Notes: generated by a model from the letters alone, not told the origin. Counted from the stretch's first letter, positions 9,314 to 19,956 are shown. The stretch: 64,000 nt of DNA from an uncultured bacterium (GCA_963777505.1 CAVZQN010000008.1:384001-448000), one strand, 5' to 3'. Program-made: numbers and translations.

Positions 9314-9775
9314 ATGATTGACAAAATTTCCAGCGGCAAGATTCAAGAAACTGTTATGGAAGAAACAACCCAAGCACCAGAACCGCAAGCACAGGACAAC
9401 ATCGCTTCTGAGGTTGAACCGCGTGTTCAAGCCACACCGGAACATAAAGCGGGACTGATTGCGGAACAACGCCTGGGCGGACAGGCGCAAGAATTGCTTT
9501 TGCGCGACCAGCTCAATTCCCAAATTTCCTCAGGGGATTCGAACCAAACGTCCGTTCAGAACGATGTGCGACAGCCTACGTTCACGAGAGATGCTGACCC
9601 TACCCTAACGAAGTCCGCTCCGGAAATTGTCCGTGAAACTGCGAAGCAGATTCCGGATCAACTCAAAAAAACACTGGGAGCGATCGGGGAAGCCTGGAGC
9701 GATCCAATTGGCGTGATTAGCGACGCCGCAGATGAAGCCAAGCGTAAGTTGGATAACATAAAATCCGGCAAGTAA
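9314..9775 (+). CDS. Hypothetical protein with a disordered Gln/Thr/Glu-rich N-terminus
   Basis: AAGGAG RBS before ATG 9314; no signal peptide or TM. Confidence 0.7.
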   Translation: MIDKISSGKIQETVMEETTQAPEPQAQDNIASEVEPRVQATPEHKAGLIAEQRLGGQAQELLLRDQLNSQISSGDSNQTSVQNDVRQPTFTRDADPTLTKSAPEIVRETAKQIPDQLKKTLGAIGEAWSDPIGVISDAADEAKRKLDNIKSGK

Positions 9776-9861
9776 AACGGGCTTCGGCTCACTTCTCCAC
9801 AGCCTTGATCTGAGATTGATCAAGCGTTGAAGCATCGCGGAAAGAAAAATTTACGAATTTG

Positions 9862-10422
9862 TTACCGCAAAGACGCAGAGAGAAAATAGAGTAAGGCATA
9901 GCCTGCTATGATGCCTATAATCGCGTTGTATTCTTTATTTTTTAATACTTGATCGGTTGAAAAGGACGTCGATGCTGAATACGGTCGAAGTGTAGGATAA
10001 AAAGCAGGAACGTTCGAAGCATAAGCATCAAATTCCCGAAATTTTTCGCGCAAGATTCTTTCTTCATACTTCACAACTGGCACATAAATCACAAGAAAAT
10101 AAAGCAGCACGATCACCCAAATCCAAATATTGCTGCTCACTAAACAAAAGCCAATTGCGATCAGAAAACTTCCAATGTAAAGAGGATTCCGAACAAATTG
10201 ATAGGGTCCACCTGTTGTCAGTATTTCTTCCTTACGTAAGTGACCTGAGGCCCAAATCCGGATTACTTCACCTAACGTCACAAAAATTATGCTTGGAATG
10301 AGAAATTTCTGATCAAAACGTGAAAGGAGTAATGCAAGAACAACCAGAGGGATTCCAATGTTGCGGCGATGACGTCTGAAAAACGCAGGAAGATCGAATT
10401 TTGCGGGTTCCCCCTGATTCAT
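9862..10422 (-). CDS. Isoprenylcysteine carboxyl methyltransferase/PEMT family membrane methyltransferase (LmtA-like)
   Basis: LTTGGPYQFVRNPLYIGS, EERILREKF..YASNVP; several TM helices. Confidence 0.85.
   Translation of the reverse strand: MNQGEPAKFDLPAFFRRHRRNIGIPLVVLALLLSRFDQKFLIPSIIFVTLGEVIRIWASGHLRKEEILTTGGPYQFVRNPLYIGSFLIAIGFCLVSSNIWIWVIVLLYFLVIYVPVVKYEERILREKFREFDAYASNVPAFYPTLRPYSASTSFSTDQVLKNKEYNAIIGIIAGYALLYFLSASLR
9864..9882. repeat. REP-like repeat copy (accgcaaagacgcagagag)
   Basis: 18/19 identical to the reverse complement of 5683-5701. Confidence 0.7.
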
Positions 10423-10432
10423 TTGGCTTATT

Positions 10433-11584
10433 TTACTGATTTTGGTTTAAAGATGAGGAGAGATAAAACGTTTTTTTAACGGCATCCAGTACGGGTCCTA
10501 CATCAAGCTTCTTTAAACACTGAACGCCAATGGGACAAGTCCTTTGATAGCATGGACTGCACTCATAATTAATTGTGCAAGCAGAATCCTGCGGGTTCCA
10601 TGGGCCATTTCGTAAAGGATCGGTAGGACCATAAATCCCAACTACTGGTACACCTAATGCGGATGCCAGATGCAATGGTCCTGTATCTCCCGAAACCATT
10701 AATCGCGATCGGCGCGAAAGAGCAATCAATTCACCCAGATTTGTGCTAAACGAAACGAAGGCGGGTGAAATGCATTTTCGCGAAATCTTGTCCGCCATAT
10801 GCTTTTCGCCAGGCCCCCACACGATTAAAGCTGGAATGTGCAAATCGTTGTACATGAGATCGATCAATTGCGCAAATTTATCAACTGCCCATTGTTTTGT
10901 TATCCAACCACCGCCAGGATTTACAAGAACAAAATCATCCAATTCAAACTTTTGCAGCTCAGTCTCAACATACTGTACGGCTTCGTCTTCCGCATAAATA
11001 TGAAAGTTCAACGGTTCATTGTTTGCGGTAATTCCTATCGATTCAAGAAGAGCAATATTCTTTTCAATAATGTGACGCTTGTTTTGAGTTTGTTTATTCA
11101 GATCATTCAAAAAGATACTACTCCAGGATTCTTTTCGATCTTCACGGGACATTCCGATCCGTCTTGGAGCGCCAGAGATTTGGGCAAGCAATGCCGATTT
11201 AAATAAGCCCTGGAAATCAAGAGCGACATCAAATTCTTGTGCGCGTAAATACCGGAGGAAACTCAGAATTTCTTTCCATGTTGAAGGCGATAAGATTCTA
11301 CGTCTCCAGTTTCGGGAATCTACAAGAAGAAGTTGATCGATTGCAGGATGGTTTCTTAATAACGGCGCCATCGTCTTTTCTGCAACCCAAGTAATGCGGG
11401 CAGACGAATATTTTTTACGGATTAAATCCGCGACGGGTAAGGTATGAATCACATCCCCGATTGAGCTGAGACGGAGGATACAAATATTGCGAGGTTCAGC
11501 CGGAGAACCGGCGTTTGATGTCTCCAAATAGCCAACGGGTGGACTGAACTTTGTCCCCCCCTGTGATGGAAGTTGAACCTCCAT
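10433..11584 (-). CDS. waaC: LPS heptosyltransferase, GT9 (WaaC-like); true start probably downstream of 11584
   Basis: RLSSIGDVIH, LDFQGLFKSA, NPGGGWITKQW, GDTGPLHLASALG, YGPT. Confidence 0.85.
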   Translation of the reverse strand: MEVQLPSQGGTKFSPPVGYLETSNAGSPAEPRNICILRLSSIGDVIHTLPVADLIRKKYSSARITWVAEKTMAPLLRNHPAIDQLLLVDSRNWRRRILSPSTWKEILSFLRYLRAQEFDVALDFQGLFKSALLAQISGAPRRIGMSREDRKESWSSIFLNDLNKQTQNKRHIIEKNIALLESIGITANNEPLNFHIYAEDEAVQYVETELQKFELDDFVLVNPGGGWITKQWAVDKFAQLIDLMYNDLHIPALIVWGPGEKHMADKISRKCISPAFVSFSTNLGELIALSRRSRLMVSGDTGPLHLASALGVPVVGIYGPTDPLRNGPWNPQDSACTINYECSPCYQRTCPIGVQCLKKLDVGPVLDAVKKTFYLSSSLNQNQ

Positions 11585-11999
11585 ACTGTCGTACCGTCTC
11601 CTTTTCGGGAATCGTATCGGGTGTGTAGTCGCTTCCCTTGCAATGAAAATGCGGCTTCAATTCTACCAGCAAACGATCTACTGTGTCATCCTCGAAGATA
11701 AGGATATGATCGACCGATTGCAATGCTGAAAGAATCGTTGCTCGTGCATTTTGATCCAGCACCGGGCGTCCGAGTCCCTTGAGCCTTCGGACGGACTCGT
11801 CGGAATTTAATCCAACGATTAGCACATCACCCTTTGTCTTTGCATCATTTAGATACCGTACATGACCTACATGCAGAACATCGAAGCATCCATTGGCAAA
11901 GACGATCCTTTTTCCGTGTTTTTTTTCATTTTCGACAAGGGCTTTCAAATCTGAAAGTCCTCGCACTTTTGAATGCAAATTATTGTTTGTTGTAAGCAT
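11496..11999 (-). CDS. hldC: D-glycero-beta-D-manno-heptose-1-phosphate adenylyltransferase (RfaE domain II)
   Basis: FANGCFDVLHVGH, GLNSDESV, KGSDY. Confidence 0.9.
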   Translation of the reverse strand: MLTTNNNLHSKVRGLSDLKALVENEKKHGKRIVFANGCFDVLHVGHVRYLNDAKTKGDVLIVGLNSDESVRRLKGLGRPVLDQNARATILSALQSVDHILIFEDDTVDRLLVELKPHFHCKGSDYTPDTIPEKETVRQYGGSTSITGGDKVQSTRWLFGDIKRRFSG

Positions 12000-12002
12000 A
12001 GA

Positions 12003-13001
12003 TCACGGATGCATATTTGCGACGCGAATTGCTTCTTTGAGTTCTTCAACTGAAACAACTGCTGCGCCGCGTTTCATTACAGTTATACCCGCTGCACAAT
12101 TAGCCAGTCGGGCTGCGTCAAAGAAAGAAGCGCCGGATGTGACTGCCATTGCAAAAGTACTGATGACGGTATCACCAGCGCCGGTGACGTCCACTATATC
12201 CGTGGACCCAAAAATCGGGATCATAGCCGGTTCAGCATCGCGCGTAAAAAGCGCCATACCATTTTTGCCTCTTGTGATTAGCAAAGCTTTCATATCCAAT
12301 CGCTGCAAGAGTTCATTGCCTGCTACGAGTAATGACTTGGCATCCAAAACTTTTCCAACAATTGATTCCACTTCGGGTTCATTGGGAGTCGCAGCTGTAA
12401 CACGCTTGTAAGAGGGCATTCTTTGTCTGGAATCAACAAATACAGGAATTCCGGCCCGGTCTAATTCTGAAAGAGCCTCCACCATCTGAACTGGATCCGC
12501 CACACCTAAACCGTAATCAGAAACGATTACAGCATCCAGTTTGCCGATCATACTTTTGAGCCGATCCCGCAAACTTGCGTGACATGCCGCATCAGAAGGC
12601 AACACATGACATCGATCCAGACGGAGAATTTGTTGTTTGACTGAATGAGGCGATCCTGCAACGATGCGTTGTTTGATGAAAGTTGGATGGGAATAATTTG
12701 CAACAATCCCATCTGTTGGAATCCCTTTTTCCTGCATCACGGAAAAAAGAGTCCGGCCTGGATGATCATTCCCAAGAAATCCGATTGGATAAGGAATGCC
12801 GCCTAGTGCATGAATATTGTTAATTGCGTTTGCAGCTCCACCCAGACCAATCTGGGCATCTTCATAGTTGACTATGAATACAGGTGCTTCGCGCGAGAAA
12901 CGATGGATCGTTCCATACACATATTCATCGGCGATCAGATCGCCATAAACACCGATCTTTTTGCCGCGCAGCTTTGGCAGCAGCTCCAAGAGTTCTTTCA
13001 C
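12003..13001 (-). CDS. hldA: D-glycero-beta-D-manno-heptose-7-phosphate kinase (RfaE domain I, PfkB family)
   Basis: GDLIADEY, RFSREAPV, GGAAN, SDYGLG, TPNEPE, DVTGAGDTV. Confidence 0.9.
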   Translation of the reverse strand: MKELLELLPKLRGKKIGVYGDLIADEYVYGTIHRFSREAPVFIVNYEDAQIGLGGAANAINNIHALGGIPYPIGFLGNDHPGRTLFSVMQEKGIPTDGIVANYSHPTFIKQRIVAGSPHSVKQQILRLDRCHVLPSDAACHASLRDRLKSMIGKLDAVIVSDYGLGVADPVQMVEALSELDRAGIPVFVDSRQRMPSYKRVTAATPNEPEVESIVGKVLDAKSLLVAGNELLQRLDMKALLITRGKNGMALFTRDAEPAMIPIFGSTDIVDVTGAGDTVISTFAMAVTSGASFFDAARLANCAAGITVMKRGAAVVSVEELKEAIRVANMHP

Positions 13002-13025
13002 TGTAGTCCTTTGATAAATTCTTTT

Positions 13026-13043
13026 AACCGCAGAGACGCAGAG
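13026..13043. repeat. REP-like repeat copy (aaccgcagagacgcagag)
   Basis: Intergenic; same family as 5664 and 9864. Confidence 0.65.
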
Positions 13044-13062
13044 TAAAGAATTTTTGTTTTTC

Positions 13063-13869
13063 TTAATTGTGTCGTTCGGTATCGTCTGTTTGAGATTCCA
13101 ATCGATTCCGCAATACTCGCGCAGGAGTTCCTACAGCCAGAGAATACGGAGGCAGATCGGAATTAACGATAGCACCTGCCCCTATAACACAATCTCTACC
13201 AATTTTTGAACCATCCAGCACAATTACACCCGCGCCGAACCAGCAATTATCATCGATGAAAATCCCGCCACGGCTCAGCGAAGGTTGTTGAATGACGGGA
13301 GCATCTGTACGTGAAAAATCGTGGTTGCCTCCGCCAACGAAATACACATACGATGCGACTAATGTATTTTTACCCATCTCAACAGCAACTTCAGAATGTA
13401 CAAGTGAGTTTTGAGCAATGTTGGTCCCATCTCCAAGTTTAATGTGACCACCTTTGCAGCTTAGAATATTATTCCTGCTTAAAACACAATTATTTCCAAG
13501 TTCAATCCCTTTAGGATCCTCACCTTTTGCATCCAGTACACAATTTTCATCTACGATACAATTATCACCGATTTTTATTTTATGTGGATGCCGAATTGTG
13601 ATGTTGCGTCCGAAAGTTACATTGCGTCCTATATGACCAAACACAATCGGATAGAAAAGCTTTCGCAATAAATATCCTAACGCGCCTGATCGCGAATTGC
13701 ACAACATCATCACGAATTCATATTTGATCAAAGCCCACCAGGATCGCATGCCGATCTGCATATCCATGTATTTAGTCAGTGGACTTTTCGCAGTTGTGGT
13801 TAACTGCGATTGAAAATCCGTGTAAGGACGTCCAATAGGGGTTAAGCTTTCTGTGGCTTTATGATCCAT
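13063..13869 (-). CDS. Left-handed beta-helix (hexapeptide) O-acyltransferase
   Basis: Hexapeptide repeats, GGGNHDF, IDDNCWFGAGVIVLDG, AVGTPARV. Confidence 0.88.
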   Translation of the reverse strand: MDHKATESLTPIGRPYTDFQSQLTTTAKSPLTKYMDMQIGMRSWWALIKYEFVMMLCNSRSGALGYLLRKLFYPIVFGHIGRNVTFGRNITIRHPHKIKIGDNCIVDENCVLDAKGEDPKGIELGNNCVLSRNNILSCKGGHIKLGDGTNIAQNSLVHSEVAVEMGKNTLVASYVYFVGGGNHDFSRTDAPVIQQPSLSRGGIFIDDNCWFGAGVIVLDGSKIGRDCVIGAGAIVNSDLPPYSLAVGTPARVLRNRLESQTDDTERHN

Positions 13870-13884
13870 GTAACGATTTATTAA

Positions 13885-13910
13885 ACCACGAAGAGCGCGA
13901 AGATACGAAG
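13885..13910. repeat. REP-like repeat variant (accacgaagagcgcgaagatacgaag)
   Basis: Intergenic CGAAG units with 8-9 nt periodicity; same ACC-start architecture as the other copies. Confidence 0.5.
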
Positions 13911-13914
13911 GTGA

Positions 13915-15117
13915 CTAATTTTTTACTTGAATTTGATGAACAGCTTTTCCGCCAGTATTCAGGATGCGATTGCTTTCGCCGTTGGGACTCTTATATGAAA
14001 TCATGCAACATCCGATACAACCACGGAAGACATTCGCTTTTTGAAGCTGTTGACGGAATTGTTTGTATTTCTGTCCGTTCCAAATTTCCATTAGAGATTT
14101 TTTCCGGATATTCCCCATATTGTAACTGTAACAGGGGAAAACATCGCCGTATGGACCGATATGCATCGTAGACCACACAACATTACAAGTAAAATGTTCG
14201 AGATCAGGCGTATTTTGATAATGATCAACGATGTCATCAACCGGCATGATCGGATTAAAACGGACTTTAGTAATCTTATTCTTCTTCGAACGTCCGCGTA
14301 ATTCATTACAAACATCGCGCAATAACTGACCCTCAATAGGTCTTACCGGAGCCGGCACTTTCATGTGTGCCTTATTATCAGGGCCTTCAATCCCGTATGA
14401 AGAAGGTTGATTGTTCACAACCTGATAAGAAACCAAATCAATCCCATTGTCTTCAGCAAGTTTAAAAATATCCACAAGGTTGTGAATATTTTCGTCTGTT
14501 ATAACAACCTTCAAATCAATAATCGGAAACTTTTTCTTCTGTTTCCTTTTTTCCGCGCCTAGAGTTTCGATTGTATGAACCGTCTTTTTATATGCACCTT
14601 TAATTTTTACGATTCGATCATGGAACTCTTCGGGACCTTCGATTGAAACACCCACCGACATCATTCCACTGGCGAGTAAATTTGGAGCTCCCATCGAAAT
14701 GACTTCAGCAAGTTTTTCATCGTTTAGGACTGTACCATTTGTTACGAAATGTCCTTTATGTCCTTTACTGATGTAACGGATGATATCCATGAAATCGTAT
14801 CGCGCGGTTGGTTCGCCACCGGTAATTGTCACGACTGAATATCCGGGAAGCTGATCGACCGTCGATTTGATTTCGTCGAGTGTCAAAACGTTCGGCTGCA
14901 TTTTCCAGGCCCGCTCAATGTTCTCGGGCGCTACGACCATACAAAACTCACATCGAAGATTGCAAAAGTGAGTGATGACGATTGCGACGCGTAGAGGTGG
15001 CAGAGCACGACCTTGTTTGTCGAACTTCTTAGGAACCGTGGCGTAAACCGTTGTTATGTCTTTGTAAAGATTACCGAAATCCAAGATATCACCCTTTGTG
15101 GCGGAACTCGCCGCCAA
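13915..15117 (-). CDS. Radical SAM protein with a SPASM/Twitch domain
   Basis: CNLRCEFC, TGGEP, C-terminal CNVVW...GDVFPC...MGNI...EIWNG...CIGCC; start codon uncertain. Confidence 0.9.
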   Translation of the reverse strand: MAASSATKGDILDFGNLYKDITTVYATVPKKFDKQGRALPPLRVAIVITHFCNLRCEFCMVVAPENIERAWKMQPNVLTLDEIKSTVDQLPGYSVVTITGGEPTARYDFMDIIRYISKGHKGHFVTNGTVLNDEKLAEVISMGAPNLLASGMMSVGVSIEGPEEFHDRIVKIKGAYKKTVHTIETLGAEKRKQKKKFPIIDLKVVITDENIHNLVDIFKLAEDNGIDLVSYQVVNNQPSSYGIEGPDNKAHMKVPAPVRPIEGQLLRDVCNELRGRSKKNKITKVRFNPIMPVDDIVDHYQNTPDLEHFTCNVVWSTMHIGPYGDVFPCYSYNMGNIRKKSLMEIWNGQKYKQFRQQLQKANVFRGCIGCCMISYKSPNGESNRILNTGGKAVHQIQVKN

Positions 15118-15136
15118 GACGCCCTGTCGCCAAGAA
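15111..15136. repeat. REP-like repeat variant (ccgccaagacgccctgtcgccaagaa)
   Basis: Near-identical to 19974-20000 and related to 26228-26253. Confidence 0.6.
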
Positions 15137-15229
15137 AAAATTGATTCTTGACTGACATCGTCGAGACATGCCAGTGGCCTGCATATTATATCAATCTATG
15201 CTTTCTCGCGCCAATGAGGCAATTAGCGC

Positions 15230-17650
15230 TTACTGCGGCAGACCGACACGCTTCACGAGATCAGTAAATCGCGGATCACTACGAAGGCTATCGTAAGCGT
15301 CATCAACCTTCAAATACGATAGTCGAATAGAACGCTCCTGATATGCCTTTTCCAGATATTCAAAAGCCTGGTCCTTTTCTCCCAGTGCAGTATAAAGTAT
15401 TGCTATTCCAACAGGCGAAACGTACTGCTTTTCAGACAGTTGCCTTACTTCATCAAGTATCTTCCGTGCTTCATCTTTCTTTCCCGATTTTGCATAAACG
15501 ATCCCGGCCCTAATCAAATAAGGAGGAATTTCACCGGAAAGATCGCGCGTCTTTTGAAACTCTGCCAATGCTTCCTTGTACAGGCCCTTTTGAAGATAGG
15601 TAAATCCGAGTCCCTCATGGCTAGTAGGAAAGTTGGGATCCATCTCAATCGTCTTGCGATAATACTCCATCGCTTTGTCATATTGACGAGCATCAGAGTA
15701 ACGATCTCCAACACTTTTGTTAATCATCATCGATAACGGATCCAGTTCCTGAGCTTGTTTGATCTGAGCAATCCCTTCATAGACGCGGCCCATATTTGCT
15801 AAATAAACTGAATACCAATGGTGAGCGGTTGCATAATTGGGATTTAATTCAAGCGCTCGTTTGTATTCTTTTTCAGCTTCTTGCCATTTCCAGTTAAGTT
15901 CATGGACGCTAGCTAAAGAAGTATGGGCTTCTGCTAATGTATCATCCAATTCCAAAGCCTTCTCTGCAGCTTCACTTGCTTTTTGCGTTGCCTCAATTGA
16001 AGGAATGAAGTTGTAGTCCCCAAGCACGATGTAGCAGTCAGAAATTCCTGCGTAGGCTAAAGCATATTTTGGATCTTTTTCTATTGCCTGCTGGAAGTAT
16101 TCAACTGCTTTCTTTAATCCTTCTTTTGTTCGTTTATCCCAGTAGTATCGACCTTTCAAATAAAGTTGATACGCTTCCGTATTATTAGTGAATTGCTTTG
16201 TAAGCTTTTCACGCTCTTCTCCCGTTAATTTCACTCGCAATTGTTCTGATATTTCTTTTGAGATATCGGATTGCACCGAAAGAATGTCAGAAAGATTTCG
16301 ATTGTATTGTTGTCCCCAAAGTTGTGTGCCATCCGAGACCTGCACTAAATCTGCGCGAATGATCAATGTATTTTCTTGTTGATTGATGCTGCCAGTGACG
16401 ACAGCATCGACATTGAGGTCTCTACCAACTTTCCGTGGATCGACTTCTTTTCCTTTGTAAGTAAAAACTGTTCCGCGCGCCATAACACGAAGTCGAGGAA
16501 CTTGGGAAAGAGTGTTGATGGTACTTTCAGTAATGCCGTCGCTGAGATATTCAGTTTTCGGATCTGCATTCAAGTTGAGAAAAGGCAACACAGCAAGTGA
16601 CCGGATCGCTTGTCCGCGATTGCCATGCAAATAAAATGAAATTCCAATAGCAAGCGCTGCAACGACAAGACCTGCCAAAATGAATCCCCAGGTGCGGAAT
16701 CGGGATTTTGGTGTCAAAACAGTTGCGGATGGAATCTGTGAGATTGAAGATCGTCCTGTATCGATTTCCCGTTTTAAACGTTTTAAATCGGCTCGAACTT
16801 CTGCTGCACTTTGATATCGCAGCTCACGATCTTTCTCCTGACACTTGTTGATGATGTGTTCCAATTCCGGAGGCAAATCGGGATTCAATCGCAAAGCAGG
16901 CGTTGGAATTTTCGTAAGAATTGCTTCAAAAAGAGCCACAGTAGTATTTCCGAAAAAAGCTTGTCTGCCGGTCGCCATTTCATAAAGCACTGCTCCAAAC
17001 GAAAAAAGGTCGGTACGCGAATCCACGTTCTCACCGCGTGCTTGCTCAGGAGACATGTAGGCAATCGTTCCGATCGTTGTGCCGGGATGAGTTAGAGATT
17101 CATTTTTGGCTTCTGTCTGCAATACGGAAACCCCCGCGGCATCTGATGCGTGCGGCTGTGCCGAAAGTTTTGCAAGACCGAAATCTAGAATCTTCGCCTG
17201 GTTGCGATTGGTTACGAAAATGTTAGCAGGTTTGATATCGCGATGAATGATTCCTTTGGAATGTGCGGCATCCAATGCATCAGCGATTTGAATTGAAAGA
17301 TCCAGGAGTTGTTCGTTGCCAAAAGGTTTGCCTTCAATGCGATGCTTTAATGTTTGCCCTTCCATTAATTCCATTGCAATGAAATGCAGTTGCGTCTGAT
17401 CTCCATCAGACAAAGTTCCGCTATCGATATCATGGATCGTGCAAATGTGTGGATGATTGAGTGCAGATGCTGCACGCGCTTCACGCTGAAAGCGTTCCAG
17501 CGCAAGTGGGTCTTTAGCGAGTTCCTCTGGCAAAAATTTTAGTGCAACTTCCCGGCCAAGCTTGGTATCTTCTGCGCGATACACTACACCCATCCCGCCT
17601 CCACCGAGGCGCTCAATGATCCGGTAGTGCGAAATGGTTTTGCCTAACAT
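15230..17650 (-). CDS. Ser/Thr protein kinase with TolB-N-like and TPR domains
   Basis: GGGGMGVVY, VALK, HRDIKPAN, DFG, YMSPE; TM; SLAVLPFLN..EYLSDG; several TPRs. Confidence 0.95.
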   Translation of the reverse strand: MLGKTISHYRIIERLGGGGMGVVYRAEDTKLGREVALKFLPEELAKDPLALERFQREARAASALNHPHICTIHDIDSGTLSDGDQTQLHFIAMELMEGQTLKHRIEGKPFGNEQLLDLSIQIADALDAAHSKGIIHRDIKPANIFVTNRNQAKILDFGLAKLSAQPHASDAAGVSVLQTEAKNESLTHPGTTIGTIAYMSPEQARGENVDSRTDLFSFGAVLYEMATGRQAFFGNTTVALFEAILTKIPTPALRLNPDLPPELEHIINKCQEKDRELRYQSAAEVRADLKRLKREIDTGRSSISQIPSATVLTPKSRFRTWGFILAGLVVAALAIGISFYLHGNRGQAIRSLAVLPFLNLNADPKTEYLSDGITESTINTLSQVPRLRVMARGTVFTYKGKEVDPRKVGRDLNVDAVVTGSINQQENTLIIRADLVQVSDGTQLWGQQYNRNLSDILSVQSDISKEISEQLRVKLTGEEREKLTKQFTNNTEAYQLYLKGRYYWDKRTKEGLKKAVEYFQQAIEKDPKYALAYAGISDCYIVLGDYNFIPSIEATQKASEAAEKALELDDTLAEAHTSLASVHELNWKWQEAEKEYKRALELNPNYATAHHWYSVYLANMGRVYEGIAQIKQAQELDPLSMMINKSVGDRYSDARQYDKAMEYYRKTIEMDPNFPTSHEGLGFTYLQKGLYKEALAEFQKTRDLSGEIPPYLIRAGIVYAKSGKKDEARKILDEVRQLSEKQYVSPVGIAILYTALGEKDQAFEYLEKAYQERSIRLSYLKVDDAYDSLRSDPRFTDLVKRVGLPQ

Positions 17651-17738
17651 TGAAGATTCTTATTCTAAACTATAAACACCCGTTGCATTGAAGTTGCTAA
17701 TCAAGCGCGCGATTGCTGAAGTCGATGGGTTCGTAGCG

Positions 17739-18488
17739 CTAAGCGAGGTACTCCGAAACCAGCACCACATCCTTAATTACAGACTGATACTCAACGTGGG
17801 TTTCATGCTCGATCGTGCGCCAACGCTTGCCTTCGTTCTCAGTCATGTAGGCCCAATATTCTGGTGCGCCGGGGAACTTAATATTGTCTGCCACGACCAA
17901 TGCGCCCTGGCGGAGCCAGCCCTGCTTCTGGATTAAATGTATGTCGGAAAGATAAACGCTTTTGTCATGGTCAATGAATACGAGATCGACAGAGCCCGGG
18001 CCGAAGCCATGTGCATTTCTCAACGCATCAATGGTTTTACCTCCGTCACCTAAAGTGCCCACAACCACAGTGACACGCCCGCTTACACCGGCGTGTTCAT
18101 GGATGCGACGTGCAATTTCAGCGTTCGACGCATTGAATTCGATCGAAACAATTTGCGCAGAGGGTGCAGAGACAGCCATGCGCAACGAACTGTATCCGCA
18201 GTAAGTTCCTAGCTCAAGAATGCGTGACGGCTTAGCCTTCGCGACCGCGTCATCAAGGATACGTCCTTTCTCATCTCCTACATTGATCAGAAAGCTCTCG
18301 TTGTAGCAGTACTCATCGATGATTCTAATGACATCTGCCGGATCGTTGCGACGCGCTCGTTCAACTACATAATCCACGAGTCGTGCTTCACGTCCGTCTC
18401 CAACTTGCCATTCCGTTGTAAGATGCTTCATTCCGAAAATGATCCGCCAGAAAGACCAGCGCAGGAAAGGAATCCTTCTCCAGTTCAT
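17739..18488 (-). CDS. Catechol O-methyltransferase-like SAM-dependent methyltransferase
   Basis: INVGDEKG, LELGTYCGYS, FIDHDK..Y, VADNI; GGAGA RBS before ATG 18488. Confidence 0.88.
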   Translation of the reverse strand: MNWRRIPFLRWSFWRIIFGMKHLTTEWQVGDGREARLVDYVVERARRNDPADVIRIIDEYCYNESFLINVGDEKGRILDDAVAKAKPSRILELGTYCGYSSLRMAVSAPSAQIVSIEFNASNAEIARRIHEHAGVSGRVTVVVGTLGDGGKTIDALRNAHGFGPGSVDLVFIDHDKSVYLSDIHLIQKQGWLRQGALVVADNIKFPGAPEYWAYMTENEGKRWRTIEHETHVEYQSVIKDVVLVSEYLA

Positions 18489-18576
18489 ATTAATCTCCAA
18501 TGAATGTTTACCTTTGTATTTTAACAAGAATTCAAAAATACGGAATTAAGTTGATACCGAACACTTCATAAGATGA

Positions 18577-19956
18577 GTGACGCTTCTGAAATCAACTCGT
18601 GATGAGATTACAATAGTACAGCTAATGAAAACATGGCGATCCATTTTAAGTTTCGGTACAGTGTTAACGATCTTCTGCTGCTTGTGGCAGTGGGATTGCA
18701 GCCGGAACAGCGCGACAACGAAGCAGCAGCCTCCCATCATTATCATCGGTCTTGACGGAGCGGAATGGGACATAGTGTTATGGCTGCTTGAACAAGGACG
18801 GCTCCCTACAATTCGCGACCTGATGCTCAGTGGATCATACGGAATGTTGAACACGCATCGGCCAAGTTTATCGCCAATTCTCTGGACTACGATCGGCACA
18901 GGCAAAACGCCTCAGAAGCATGGAATCAAAGGTTTTGTCCGTGTTAAACCAGATGGAAGTCAGTCCGGTCTTTACACAAATTCCGACCGTAAGACCAAAG
19001 CGTTTTGGAACATCTTCTCGGATTACAAACGTTCCGTGTACTGTATTGGTTGGTTCCTAACTTTCCCTGTTGAGCCGATTAATGGCGTGATGGTGGCTCA
19101 GACAAATTCGTTGAAACTAAATGAGATCCAGGACTCATCACATCCAGGCATTCAAGGGCAGATTTACCCACCGGAACGGCAGCAAGAATTAATGGATGTC
19201 ATTGCTGATGCTGATCGGGAAACTTCGGCACTGATTCAAAACTTAATTCAGAATCAAAAGCCACATCCAGCAACGACAGACAAACTGGAACGAATTCGTT
19301 GGGCGTTTCGTGCGGATACAATTTATGAAAAAATCGCTTTAAAATTGCTGCAAAGTGGGAAAGTTCCTGATGTTACCGCTATCTATTTTGGAGGGATTGA
19401 TTCGGTAAGCCACATGTTTTGGCATTTTATGGAGCGAAGACCAAAGGATCCTTTGTCGGGATTTTCGGAAACAGAAATACGCAACGCTGCAGAGATCATT
19501 CCCAGATACTATGATCATATCGATAAACGAATTCAAAACCTCTTACAACAATATCCTCGAGAAAAAACAGTGATTATTGTGTCAGATCACGGTCACACAT
19601 ATTCAGGCCATACGAATGGCCCGCCTGCTTTCCTTGTTGCTGCAGGTTCCGGTATACGCAAGATGTCCAGTACTGATCCTTCCCAACTAAAACGATCTGA
19701 TTTACAAACGATCGGTTCTATTCTGGATATCACTCCTACTCTTCTGGAGATTGCGAATCTTCCATTAGGGCTTGATATGCAAGGCCGAGTTTTGAAACAG
19801 TTGATTGAGCCATCCTTTCTGGCCAGAAAACGGACCGAGCCGGTTCCTACACACGATACAGCCCAATGGCAAGCTTCACGACCCAAGCTTGCACCCGGAA
19901 ACGAAATCGATCCTGAACGACTCGAGCAACTTCGTGCTTTGGGCTATATCAATTAG
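18577..19956 (+). CDS. Alkaline phosphatase superfamily (NPP/phosphodiesterase-like), exported
   Basis: IGLDGAEW, SLSPILWTTIGTG, DSVSH, VSDHG, DITPTLL, C-terminal LRALGY; N-terminal hydrophobic segment; start uncertain. Confidence 0.85.
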   Translation: MTLLKSTRDEITIVQLMKTWRSILSFGTVLTIFCCLWQWDCSRNSATTKQQPPIIIIGLDGAEWDIVLWLLEQGRLPTIRDLMLSGSYGMLNTHRPSLSPILWTTIGTGKTPQKHGIKGFVRVKPDGSQSGLYTNSDRKTKAFWNIFSDYKRSVYCIGWFLTFPVEPINGVMVAQTNSLKLNEIQDSSHPGIQGQIYPPERQQELMDVIADADRETSALIQNLIQNQKPHPATTDKLERIRWAFRADTIYEKIALKLLQSGKVPDVTAIYFGGIDSVSHMFWHFMERRPKDPLSGFSETEIRNAAEIIPRYYDHIDKRIQNLLQQYPREKTVIIVSDHGHTYSGHTNGPPAFLVAAGSGIRKMSSTDPSQLKRSDLQTIGSILDITPTLLEIANLPLGLDMQGRVLKQLIEPSFLARKRTEPVPTHDTAQWQASRPKLAPGNEIDPERLEQLRALGYIN

